A stretch of 46,853 bases of DNA from Macrostomum lignano. Lineage: Eukaryota. The DNA lies in NCBI GenBank assembly GCA_002269645.1, contig NIVC01004409.1:1-46853 (forward strand), written 5' to 3'. Positions 1 through 12,420 of this stretch are shown one piece after another. Positions within the stretch are counted from its first letter, which is position 1; each line of letters begins with the position of its first letter. Both the position numbers and the translations under genes were made by a program. The notes below the pieces were generated by a model that ran no database searches, was not told the origin of the DNA, and saw only the letters and a list, made by a program, of their open reading frames with translations.

Positions 1-1545
1 CACCTCTCCTACACCCTCCTCTCCACCCTCTTCTACACCCTCCTCTCCACCCTCTCCTACACCCTCCTCTCCACCCTCTCTTCTACACCCTCCTCTTCAC
101 CCTCTCCTACACCCTCCTCTCCACCCTCTTCTACACCCTCCTCTCCACCCTCTCCTACACCCTCCTCTCCACCCTCTTCTACACCCTCCTTCCACCCTCT
201 CCTACACCCTTCTCTCCACCCTCTTCTACACCCTCCTCTCCACCCTCCTCTCCACCCTCTCTCTACACCCTCCTCTCCACCCTCTTCTACACCCTCCTCT
301 CCACCCTATCCTACACACTCTCTCCACCCTCCTACACCCTCCTTTCCACCCTCTCCTACACCCTCCTCTCACCCTCTTCTACACCCTCCTCTCCACCCTC
401 TCCTACACCCTCCTCTCCACCCTCTTCTACACCCTCCTCTCCACCCTCTCCTACACCCTCCTCTCCACCCTCTTCTACACCCTCCTCTCCACCCTCTTCT
501 ACACCCTCCTCTCCACCCTCTCCTACACCCTCTCTCCACCTCTCTTCTACACCCTCCTCTCTCCACCCTCCTCTCCACCCTCTTCTACACCCTCCTCTCC
601 ACCCTTCTACACCCTCCTCTCCACCCTCCTACACACTCGTCTCCACCCTCCCTACACCCTCCTTTCCACCCTTCCTACACCCTCCTCTCCACCCTCTTCT
701 ACACCCTCCTCTCCACCCTCTCCTACACCCTCCTCTCCACCCTCTCTACACCCTCCTCTCCACCCTCTCTACACCCTCCTCTCCACCCTCTTCTACACCC
801 TCCTCTCCACCCTCTCCTACACCCTCCTCTCCACCCTCTTCTACACCCTCCTCTCCACCCTCTCTACACCTCTCTCTCTCCTACACCCTTCTCTCCTCCC
901 TCCCTACACCCTCCTCTCCACCCTCTCCTACACCCTCCTCTCCCCCTCCTACACCCTTCTCTACACCTCCTACACCCTTCTCTCCTCACTCTCCTACACC
1001 CTTCTCTACACTTCCTACACCCTCCTCTCCACCCTCTTCTACACCCTCCTCTCCACCCTATCCTACACCTCGTCTCCACCCTCCCTACACCCTCCTTTCC
1101 ACCCTCTCCTACACCCTCCTCTCCACCCTCTTCTACACCCTCCTCTCCACCCTCTCCTACACCCTCCTCTCCACCCTCTCCTACACCCTCCTCTCCACCC
1201 TCTCCTACACCCTCCTCTCCACCCTCTTCTACACCCTTCTCTACACCTCCTACACCCTCCTCTCCACCCTCTCCTACACCCTCCTCTCCACCCTCTCCTA
1301 CACCCTCCTCTCCACCCTCTCCTACACCCTCCTCTCCACCCTCTCCTACACCCTCCTCTCCACCCTCTCCTACACCCTCCTCTCCACCCTCTTCTACACC
1401 CTTCTCTACACCTCCTACACCCTCCTCTCCACCCTCTCCTACACCCTCCTCTCCACCCTCTCCTACACCCTCCTCTCCACCCTCTCCTACACCCTCCTCT
1501 CCACCCTCTCCTACACCCTTCTCTCCACCCTCTTCTACACCCTCT
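1..1545. repeat. 24-bp pyrimidine-rich minisatellite (ctcctacaccctcctctccaccct)n
   Basis: Directly visible degenerate tandem array; runs off the window start; lies upstream of the first visible GPCR exon. Confidence 0.95.
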
Positions 1546-1620
1546 TGTAATGTGGCACTGGCAGTAATATAGTACACTATTTTGCATGCATAATAAAAAT
1601 AATAATACAAATGCCTGCAG

Positions 1621-4600
1621 ACATCGGTCCACTTGGAGAAAATGCTGTCACTGTACAACATCACCCTGGCCGCCAGGGGAGTCTACAGCACCGACCCTTC
1701 AGCGGCATTGCGCAGAATGAAGGCAAGTCAAACTGCTTTGATTAGTTGGTTAATTAATTGATTGATTGATTAATTGTTTTAATCAATTCAATATTTCATA
1801 CATTTATCTCTGCTGAAAAACCTACTTTTGCATTTCTACCTCCAACCGGTTCAGGACAGGGACGTTCGGATTTTTCTTGTTGTTCGAGCGGCCAGAGTGG
1901 AAACGGTGAAGTTTGAGTGCTTGGTGAGTGACTCAGGTCGAGTGACTCAGGTAGAGTGACTCTAGTAAAGTAACTCGGGTAGAGTGACTCGGGTAGAGTG
2001 ACTCGGGTAGAGTGACTCGGGTAGAGTGACTCGGGTAGAGTGACTCGGGTGGAGTGACTTGGGTAGAGTGACTCGGGTGGAGTGACTTGAGTAGAGTGAC
2101 TCCAGGTAGAGTGACTCCAGGTAGAGTGACTCGGGTGGAGTGACTTGGGTAGAGTGACTCGGGTAGAGTGACTCGGGTGGAGTGACTTGAGTAGAGTGAC
2201 TCCAGGTAGAGTGACTCGGGTAGAGTGACTCCAGGTAGAGTGACTCGGGTGGAGTGACTTGGGTAGAGTGACTCGGGTAGAGTGACTCGGGTGGAGTGAC
2301 TTGAGTAGAGTGACTCCAGGTAGAGTGACTCGGGTAGAGTGACTCGGGTAGAGTGACTCGGGTGGAGTGACTTGAGTAGAGTGACTCCAGGTAGAGTGAC
2401 TCGGGTAGAGTGACTCCAGGTAGAGTGACTCGGGTAGAGTGACTCCAGGTAGAGTGACTCGGGTAGAGTGACTCGGGTAGAGTGACTCGGGTGGAGTGAC
2501 TTGAGTAGAGTGACTCCAGGTAGAGTGACTCGGGTAGAGTGACTCCAGGTAGAGTGACTCGGGTAGAGTGACTCCAGGTAGAGTGACTCGGGTAGAGTGA
2601 CTCAGGTAAAGTAAGAAATGTGTTATTATCACTGAGCAGCGTTTGAAAAATATCAATAGCTAAACAAAATCTTTTGCATTAAAAGAATTGATTTTATTGA
2701 TACCTTAATCCAATTCAAAGCAGTCAGTTCCACTGGAAGTCAAAAATAAAAGAAAACGCAAAAAACCAGGAGTTTGAATTCACATGTCGCTCAGGTTTCT
2801 TAAGAGTTGGCGGCGATAATCACACCGAGCAGGGTGGTCTCGGCGGCCAGGATGCCGGACCCGGACAGAAACCACAGGCTGTAGCCGCCCACCTGTAGCC
2901 GATCGCCGAAGACGCACAATGCGATGAGCATGCAGATGGCTGCGGTTCAAGGGTGTCAAGGGTGTTAGACATGGGTCTCAAGGGTGTTAGACATGGTTGT
3001 CAAGGGTGTTAGACAGTGGTGTCAAGGGTGTTAGATAGGGGTGTCAAGAGTGTTAGAGAGTTGTGTCAAAGTGTTAGACAGGGGTTTCAAAGTGCTAGAC
3101 AGGGGTGTCAAGGGTGTTAGACAGGGTTGTCAAAGTGTTAGACAGGGGTGTGTAAGTGTTAGACAGGGTTGTCAAAGTGTTAGACAGGGGTGTCAAAGTG
3201 TTTGACACGGGTTTCAAAGTGTTAGACAGGGGTGTCAAGGGTGTTCGACATGGGTGTCAAGGGCGTTAGACAGGGGTGTCAAGAGTGTTAGACAGGGGTG
3301 TCAAGGGTGTTAGACAGGGGTGTCAAGAGCGAGGCAATACTAGGACTGAAAAAAAATAGTGATATGAGACAGCACGGATGCTCACTCAGTGAGCAGTTAT
3401 TTACCTCCCAAGGCCAGGGCACTGAAGCTAATGATGCTCGGCACGTTGCTATCGTTAAGAGATTTCACCGCCATGGTGAGGACATTGGCGAGCAGCGAAA
3501 TTGATAGACAGATTGTGCCGATGAGGGCCATGGCTATGACTGCCCTGCCGTTCACTGAAATTGTTTATTTTATGCATCCCCTGTTAGACATTGATATCCC
3601 TTGTTAGACATTGATATCTCCTGTTAGACATTGATATCCCCTGTTAGACATTGATATCCCCTGTAAGACATTGATATCCCCTGTTAGACATTGATATAAC
3701 CTGTAAGACATTGATATCCCCTGTTAGACATTGATATAACCTGTTAGACATTGATATCCCCTGTTAGACATTGATATCCCCTGTTAGACATTGATATCCC
3801 CTGTAAGACATTGATATCCCCTGTAAGACATTGATATCCCCTGTAAGACATTGATATCCCCTGTTAGACATTGATATAACCTGTTAGACATTGATATCCC
3901 CTGTTAGACATTGATATCCCATGTTAGACATTGATATCCCCTGTAAGACATTGATATCCCCTGTTAGACATTGATATAACCTGTAAGACATTGATATCCC
4001 CTGTTAGACATTGATATAACCTGTTAGACATTGATATCCCCTGTTAGACATTGATATAACCTGTAAGACATTGATATCCCCTGTTAGACATTGATATCGC
4101 CTGTTAGACATTGATATCTCCTGTTAGACATTGATATCTCCTGTTAGACATTGATATCCCCTGTTAGACATTGATATCCCCTGTTAGACATTGATATCCC
4201 CTGCTAGACATTGATATCGCCTGTTAGACATTGATATCCCCTGTTAGACATTGATATCGCCTGTTAGACATTGATATCTCCTGTTAGACATTGATATCGC
4301 CTGTTAGACATTGATATCCCATGTTAGACATTGATATCCCCTGTTAGACATTGATATCCCATGTAAGACATTGATATAACCTGTTAGACATCGATATCCC
4401 ATGTTAGACATTGATAACCCATGTTAGACATCGATATCCCATGTTAGACATTGATATCCCCTGTTAGACATTGATATCCCATGTAAGACATTGATATCCC
4501 CTGTTAGACATTGATATCTCCTGTTAGACATTGATATCCCCTGTAAGACATTGATATCCCCTGTAAGACATTGATATCCCCTGTTAGACATTGATATCCC

Positions 4601-7600
4601 CTGTAAGACATTGATATCCCCTGTTAGACATTGATATCCCCTGTAAGACATTGATATCCCCTGTTAGACATTGATATCCCCTGTTAGACATTGATATCCC
4701 CTGTTAGACATTGATATCGCCTGTTAGACATTGATATCCCCTGTTAGACATTGATATCCCCTGTAAGACATTGATATCCCCTGTTAGACATTGATATCCC
4801 CTGTAAGACATTGATATCCCCTGTTAGACATTGATATCCCATGTAAGACATTGATATCCCATGTTAGACATTGATATCCCGTGTAAGACATTGATATCCC
4901 ATGTAAGACATTGATATCCCATGTTAGACATTGATATCCCGTGTAAGACATTGATATCCCCTGTAAGACATTGATATCCCCTGTTAGACATTGATATTAT
5001 CTGTTAATTCTGAACAATCACAGACAACAGAATAGCCACTTACCTGAGCTATCCAGAGCCAGCATCCTGGAGGTGGTGGTTCCATATCTGGGGTCCCAAA
5101 CCACCCCCCAGCCGGGAGTGACGCAGGCAATGATGGCCAGCGCCAGAGCAGAAAACAGGCCGCCCGTGTACAGCTTTTGATAGAGCCTTGATGCTGTCAT
5201 TTGCTGTCAGAGAGATGGACAAGTTTATAAACTATTTTATATACTATTTCTAAACTCTAGCTTTCCTCCATGTCAGCTTGGCTCTTTTAATATGCAACTT
5301 CTTGAAAACAACTCTCTTCCATAGACTAAAAAAGTGACAATAAATTTAAACATGGAGGTTAGCAATTCTTCAATAATTTTGCTTTGCTTTGGTTGAGAAA
5401 CTGATTTTGCAAAAAACACTCATTACAGTCATGCGCTATTAAAGATTATGATATCCAACAATTACCGTACGTTATAAAGCTTACATCTGTATCCCCATTC
5501 CCATCCCCATTCCCATCCCCATTCCCATCCCTATTCCCATCCCCATTCCCATCCCTATTCCCATCCCTATTCCCATCCCTATTCCCATCCCCATTCCCAT
5601 CCCCATTCCCATCTCTATTCCCATCCTCATTCCCATCCCCATTCCCATCCCTATTCCCATCCCTATTCCCATCCCCATTCCCATTCCCATTCCCATCCCC
5701 ACTCCCATCCCCATTCCCATCCCTATTCCCATCCCTATTCCCATCCCCATTCCCATCCCCATTCCCATCCCCATTCCCATCCCCATTCCCATCCCCATTC
5801 CCATCCCCATTCCCATCCCCATTCCCATCCCCATTCCCATCCATATTCCCGTCCTCATTCCCATCCTCATTCCCATCCCTATTCCGATCCCCATTCCCAT
5901 CCCCATTCCATCCCCATTCCCATCCCCATTCCCATCCCCATTCCCATCTCTATTCCCATCCCCATTCCCATCCCCATTCCCATCCCCATTCCCATCCCTA
6001 TTCCCATCCCTATTCCCATCCCATTCCCATCCCCATTCCCATTCCCATCCCCATTCCCATCCCTATTCCCATCCCTATTCCCATCCCCATTCCCATACCC
6101 ATTCCCATCCCCATTCCCATCCTCATTCCCATCCTCATTCCCATCCTCATTCCCATCCCCATTTCCATCCCCATTTCCATCCCCATTCCCATCCCCATTC
6201 CCATCCCCATTCCCATCCCTATTCTCATTCCCATCCCTATTCCCATCCCCATTCCCATCTCTATTCCATCCCCATTCCCATTCCCATCCCCATTCCCATC
6301 CTCATTCCCATCCCCATTCCCATCCCCATTCCCATCCCCATTCCCATCCCCATTCCCATCCTCATTCCCATCCCCATTCCCATCCCCATTCCCATCCCAT
6401 CCCCATTCCCATCCCCATTCCATCCCCATTCCCATCCCCATTCCCATCCCTATACCCATCCCCATTCCCATCTTTCATCCCATCTCATGCTCATCTGTCT
6501 GCATTCAGAAATCGCCAATCCCGAATCAGGTGCAAAATCAGTCCCACTACTTACCGTGTCGTCGCAGATCGAGCAGTTCGGCATGGTCGGCCCGAAGTAC
6601 TTCTGGATCCAGCTGGGCATGACGCAAACCTTTGACCCGCCCAAGGAACCCGGCCAGTGCGACAGTCCGGACCAGCTGAAGGCCGGGGCCGAGAACTCCG
6701 TGTACTTTAAAGCTGACCTCGTTGTCATTGGCAACGAGACCGGCATGGGTTCTGCGGTGAGCCAGCCTAGATTAGCAATCCACTCTATTCCTTCTTCAGT
6801 GATGTTGGCTAGATTAGCAATCCATTCTATTCCTTCATCAGTGATGTTGGCTAGTTTAGCAATCCATTCTATTCCTTCATCAGTGATGTTGGCTAGATTA
6901 GCAATCCATTCTATTCCTTCATCAGTGGTGTTGGCTAGATTAGCAATCCATTCTATTCCTTCATCAGTGATGCTGGCTAGATTAGCAATCCATTCTATTC
7001 CTTCTTCAGTGGTGTTGGCTAGATTAGCAATCCATTCTATTCCTTCTTCAGTGGTGTTGGCTAGATTAGCAATCCATTCTATTCCTTCATCAGTGATGTT
7101 GGCTAGATTAGCAATCCATTCTATTCCTTCATCAGTGGTGTTGGCTAGATTAGCAATCCATTCTATTCCTTCATCAGTGATGCTGGCTAGATCAGCAATC
7201 CATTCTGTTCCTTCATCAGTGATGCTGGCTAGATTAGCAATCCATTCTATTCCTTCATCAGTGGTGTTGGCTAGATTAGCAATCCATTCTATTCCTTCAT
7301 CAGTGATGTTGGCTAGATTAGCAATCCATTCTATTCCTTCATCAGTGGTGTTGGCTAGATTAGCAATCCATTCTATTCATTCATCAGTGATGCTGGCTAG
7401 ATTAGCAATCCATTCTATTCCTTCTTCAGTGGTGTTGGCTAGATTAGCAATCCATTCTATTCCTTCATCAGTGATGTTGGCTAGATTAGCAATCCATTCT
7501 ATTCCTTCATCAGTGGTGTTGGCTAGATTAGCAATTCACTCTATTCCTTCATCAGTGATGCTGGCTAGATCAGCAATCCATTCTGTTCCTTCATCAGTGA

Positions 7601-10600
7601 TGCTGGCTAGATTAGCAATCCATTCTATTCCTTCATCAGTGGTGTTGGCTAGATTAGCAATCCATTCTATTCCTTCATCAGTGATGTTGGCTAGATTAGC
7701 AATCCATTCTATTCCTTCATCAGTGGTGTTGGCTAGATTAGCAATCCATTCTATTCATTCATCAGTGATGCTGGCTAGATTAGCAATCCATTCTATTCCT
7801 TCATCAGTGATGCTGGCTAGATTAGCAATCCATTCTATTCCTTCATCAGTGATGTTGGCTAGATTAGCAATCCATTCTATTCCTTCATCAGTGATGCTGG
7901 CTAGATCAGCAATCCATTTTTAGGTCAGCGGTCGAGTGTCCTTAAATCTCTACATTCGTTTCGCTTTCAGGCCTCCAGAGAGCTGTACCGAGATTTTCTG
8001 CAGTCGAATTCTCACCTGGATGCCGATACCGTGTCCATCAGCGACCTTGGCGTTCGAATCGATGCAGTGCTGACAGCTGCTTTGGCTCTGAACCGAACTC
8101 TTAGGAAATATGCGTACTCCACGGAGCTCGATCTGGACGAGAGCCCTTTCAAGGACCAGCTGCTGAGCGAAATCAGGGCTGTGGACTTTGAGGGCTTCAC
8201 GGTGCGTTCTGACTGGCCCTTTCGTAGATTTGACAGGCTCTCAGTTGAGCGAGTCTAACACTCGATTGAGCGAGTCTACCACTCGATTGAGCGAGTCTAA
8301 CACTCGATTGAGCGAGTCTAACACTCGATTGAGCGAGTCTAACACTCGATTGAGCGAGTCTAACACTCGATTGAGCGAGTCTAACACTCGATTGAGCGAG
8401 TTTAACACTCGATTGAGCGAGTCTAACACTCGATTGGTTGAGTCTAACACTCGATTGAGCGAGTCTAAAACTCAGTAACTGTTATTCGATATGCTCCGCA
8501 GGGTCGAGTGAAACTCGATGGCAACGGTGATCGGCTTGCTAACGCGGTGGTCTATCAGATTCGAAGTTCGTACCTCCACTTTTGTGAATGCTATCATCCC
8601 TTTCATCATGTTATCTATTGGGTGCACATTTTTAAACATCATTGCAGACTTTGAGTCGGTGGCTGTGGCCTTTTTCAACACCTATGACAACATTATAGAC
8701 TGGAGCGAAGAACTGCAGTTTTCAGGTAAGAGAGAAATCACACCATGGACAGTGAAAGCAGAATGCTTGAAAGGCATTAACTTCCCAATATAACAAAGGC
8801 AGCAACTGAGTTTGATTCAAAAGTTTACCCACCTATGAAAAAAGTGAACTTTTATGAAATCCGTTAAGAAAATGCAACTGCATTTCGAGTGTTGCCATGT
8901 GACCAAAGATGCATAGGATCAATGGAAGGAATCAAAGATACGAGTATTCTATACTTTAGTATAGAAGATTTTTCTGACATCAATCCCATACATGGATACG
9001 CTCGTAGATAGAGACAAACCATTTTAGTATAGTGGACTAGCCAACATCGACCCCCCTGGGGGTCTAGCATTGAAAACTCAAACCCTGCCGTGGACTCAGG
9101 TGAGGGACCGCCGGAGGACAAACCGAAGGTGGTGAAAAATCAACAGGTAGTCAGCCGAACCAACGCTATTGTGATGCTGTGCCTCTGCTCAATTTGCGTT
9201 GCCATCACGCTGAGCTTCATGGTCGCCAATTTTCACTATCGGCACATCCGAATGATCAAAATGTCGTCGCCTAACATCAATAATTTAATTGGCGTCGGCT
9301 GCATTCTAAGCTACGCGTCCTGCACCGTGTCCGCTGTTGGCAGCAGCTGGCTCCAGGACACGGCCGCCTGCTGGCTGCAGTCCGTCAGCCTCTGCTTCGG
9401 CTACTCCATCGCCTACGGAGCCATGCTGGCCAAGACCTGGCGGGTTCACGTCATCTTTGCTACGAGAAATATGCGCCGGGTGGTGAGCGGCGGGCTGTGA
9501 TTGGCTGGGAGAGTCAGTCTGCGATTGCCTGGGACAGAAGCGGGATGTGATTGGCTGGGGGTTAGTCTGCGATAATCTGAGAGAGAAGCGGGCTGTGATT
9601 GGCTAGGATATCAGTCTGCGATTATCTACGAGAGAAGCGGGCTGTGATTTGCTGGGGAGAATCAGGTTGTGATAAACTAATAAATATTTTTATGTTCAGT
9701 ATTACCTCTTATCTGAATTTTTCAGTCCATCAAGGACCATCAGTTGGCAGCTGTACCGCTCGCCCTAGTAGTCCTCGACGTGATTTTATTTACTGTCTGG
9801 GCCTTGGTGGATCCAATGGAGCTGATTAACGTGAAATACGCGGTTGTGGTAAATTACTTTGATTGCAAAATTGCCTTCTTTAAGTAAAGCATAGCTAAAA
9901 CTTAGCATTTTTCTTTTCAAAAGGAATCGATTCAAAAGGGCTCAGTTGAGGTCAACATGGCTCAGACGTGTCACAGCAACTTTCTCACTATCTGGCTTGT
10001 GACCTTCGTTGGTTACAAAGGTTAGCCGATCAATTTATGATTTTATAGAGCGGGTAAGGAGTGAAGAGTTAGGTGGGTGAAGAGTGAAATTGGTGAAGAG
10101 TGAGGTGGGTGATGAGTGAGGTGGGGGAGAGTGTGGGTGAGAGTGACTCATCCTAAATGCATGCACCTCTCTTTGCAGGATTTCTCCTGGCGTTCGGCAT
10201 CTTCTTTGCCTGGGAGACCCGCGCAGTCCACATAGAGAGCCTGAACGACTCGAAGAAGATCGGCATCTGCGTCTACAACACCATGGTGATGGGAGCCTTG
10301 GGAGTTGTCATGGCTTTCGTCCTGCCAGCCAGCGAGTTGAACCTTAGGTTCCTTCTCATTAACGGCTGCATCATCGTCTGCTGCACTACCGCTGTGGTTA
10401 TCGTGTTTGGCAGCAAGGTGAATTTTCTCCCGACTCATGATTGAAAATCCAAAAAATACGTAGAGATGCGTTGCTGTTGAAGTGCGGTACAACTGATACT
10501 GAAAATGGCTCAGTTGAAAATTATTGATATAATAGAGAAGTGGATTGGCGGAGTGAGTTGGTTGGTGGCGGAGTTAGCTGGTGGGTAGCGAGTGAGGTGG

Positions 10601-10995
10601 TGGGTGGCGAGAGTTGGTGGGTATCGTAGTGAGGTGGTGGGTATCATATTGAGGTGGTGGCTAGCGGAGTGAGGTGGGCGGGTGGCGGAGTGAGGTGGGC
10701 ATCGTAGTGAGGTGAGTGGCGGAGTGAGGCTATAATGATAAGCTTGTCAACAATTTACAAGAGACGAGAAGCGTTATTATAGTCATTACATGCACGTGCA
10801 TAGCTCGCATCTCCCTAATAAATACCAACCGCACAGATACTGCTCCTGGTTCAGCACGGGCCATCGAAGATTGAGGACAGCAGCAACTGGCTGCCAGAGA
10901 ACCAGTCCTCGTCCGCTATGCAGACGGCCACTGGAGGCCAAAGGCCCTCCGGTCAGCAGAGCACCGAGGATGGGCGGGCGACCTCTAGCGCCTGA
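1621..10995 (+). CDS. GABA-B receptor-like class C GPCR (Venus flytrap C-terminal part plus 7TM), 5'-partial, 11 exons, 577 aa in window
   Basis: Exons 1621-1722, 1855-1923, 6568-6756, 7971-8201, 8502-8565, 8648-8725, 9100-9482, 9726-9848, 9924-10020, 10179-10417, 10837-10995. All acceptors are AG and all phases match. Donors are GT except GC at 1723. Motifs match GABA-B subunits: DVRIF, GPKYFW, DAVLTAALALN, FEGFTGRVKLDGNGDR, IKMSSPNINNLI, AYGAMLAKTWRVHVIF, DPM, YKGFLLAFGIFFAWETR, LNDSKKIGICVYN. Confidence 0.9.
1926..2607. repeat. 15-bp minisatellite (ggtagagtgactcgg)n, about 45 copies
   Basis: Directly visible; begins inside the gtgagt donor of GPCR exon 1855-1923. Confidence 0.95.
2800..5200 (-). 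CDS. Nested antisense four-TM protein, claudin/PMP22-superfamily-like, 3 exons, 148 aa
   Basis: Exons 5200-5044, 3554-3405, 2939-2800; gtaagt and gtaaat donors, cag acceptors, phase 1/1, TAA stop, AATAAA about 100 nt downstream (~2693-2698). Protein MTASRLYQKLYTGGLFSALALAIIACVTPGW...VIAMALIGTICLSISLLANVL...IISFSALALGAICMLIALCVFG...GYSLWFLSGSGILAAETTLLGVIIAANS has four hydrophobic segments. The family assignment is inference from topology and the PGW and GYSLW motifs. Confidence 0.8.
2948..3328. repeat. About 22-bp minisatellite (gggtgtcaagggtgttagacag)n
   Basis: Directly visible; fills intron 2 of the nested gene. Confidence 0.9.
3577..4997. repeat. 20-bp minisatellite (ctgttagacattgatatccc)n, about 70 copies
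   Basis: Directly visible; fills intron 1 of the nested gene. Confidence 0.95.
5491..6470. repeat. 12-bp repeat (cccattcccatc)n, G-rich on the minus strand
   Basis: Directly visible. Confidence 0.95.
6767..7918. repeat. 42-bp minisatellite (gctagattagcaatccattctattccttcatcagtgatgttg)n, about 27 copies
   Basis: Directly visible; in a GPCR intron; same family as 13817-14423. Confidence 0.95.
8243..8468. repeat. 21-bp minisatellite (gagcgagtctaacactcgatt)n, about 11 copies
   Basis: Directly visible; in a GPCR intron. Confidence 0.95.
9490..9660. repeat. Imperfect ~45-bp repeat containing gaagcgggctgtgattggct
   Basis: Three to four degenerate units directly after the donor at 9483. Confidence 0.7.
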
Positions 10996-11828
10996 TGGAC
11001 ACCGATATTGACTACTTCTTTTGAAAAAAATCGTCAGTAGTATAGAACCATGCTTCGTAGCACAGAACATACCTGACATGTAGGTAGCCAGAGCTCTTTA
11101 ATAACTCGAGAATTATCGAATTTTTATTAATCGTTTTAAAGGCAGACAAAAAGTCAGTTTCCTCCGAGCAGCTCCGCTTTGTGGCGGGCCTTCAAAAGAT
11201 ATTTGATTATAGACGGCAGCGCCCATATCTTTAAAAAGCAACAATATTAGAAATTTAGACCGGAACTCCATCGCACTAATTTAATTAGATTCGGCGCACA
11301 AATAATACAGACAACACTCTATTCATGCTACTACAAAGGCTTAACAACTATTCAGTAGTATACTACTTTGGCTGGCCAATAAAATAGAAAAAGAATCTAT
11401 AATTTTAAGCATCCGAGACTTAATTATTTGTTTTAATTCAAGCGCGCAATGTGGGAGCGTTCGATGAAACAGCTTATAAATAGATGCAATATATATATAG
11501 TTCCATATAGTGTATGCAATTTAAATATCAGAATGTTAGCGAAACAATGAATGAGGCATCGGGCAGGCTGTAACTTGAGCCGCCAGCCCAAAAAATCAAT
11601 AATAGAACAAAGCACAGCAGAAATGAAACTTCTTAAGCGAGAGCAGAAATTAAGAAAAACAAAGGCCAGAAAAAAGCCGAGAGTCGGTTTCGATTTTTGA
11701 TAAGACGGCTAGACGGCGTGAAAGATCAAAGATCAACCATTGGTTGCGTACAGGTAGCTTGCTTGGAAAGTGAAATAGCCTTCTACCGAACTGAAGGGAT
11801 CGCCTGAGCTGACTGAGATGCTGCTCTT

Positions 11829-11853
11829 CTGTCTGTCTGTTTGTCTCTCTTAG

Positions 11854-11886
<33 letters not shown>

Positions 11887-11889
11887 TGG

Positions 11890-11934
<45 letters not shown>

Positions 11935-11937
11935 TGG

Positions 11938-11968
<31 letters not shown>

Positions 11969-11981
11969 TTGTCTCTCTTAG

Positions 11982-12018
<37 letters not shown>

Positions 12019-12371
12019 TGGTGTCTGTCTGTCTGTCTGTCTGTCTTAGTGTCTGTCTGTCTGTCTGTTTGTCTTGGTGTCTGTCTGTCTGTCTGTCTGT
12101 TTGTCTCTCTTGGTGTCTGTCTGTCTGTCTGTCTGTCTGTCTGCCACTCAGTCTATCTGTCTGTCTGTCAGCCTGCCTGCCTGTCTGTCTGTCTGTCTGT
12201 CTGTTTGTCTTGGTGTCTGTCTGTCTGTCTGTTTGTCTCTCTTGGTGTCTGTCTGTCTGTCTGTCTGTCTGTCTGCCTCTCAGTCTGTCTGTCTGTCTGT
12301 CAGCCTGCCTGTCTGTCTGTCTGTCTGCCACTCAGTCTATCTGTCTGTCTGTCTGCCTGCCACTCAGTCTA

Positions 12372-12418
<47 letters not shown>

Positions 12419-12420
12419 GT
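11829..12420. repeat. Compound (TCTG)n microsatellite
   Basis: Directly visible; between the convergent GPCR and AFF 3' ends. Confidence 0.95.

Noticed and set aside
369-2656. ORFs 369-578, 864-1664, 1063-1632 and 1796-2656 with repetitive peptides
   Set aside because: They are stop-free translations of the 24-bp and 15-bp minisatellites, open in several frames, with no coding signature.
6487-7923. 478-aa ORF with LARLAIHSIPSSVM repeats
   Set aside because: Only 6568-6756 is a real exon; the rest is read-through past the gtgagc donor into the 42-bp intronic array.
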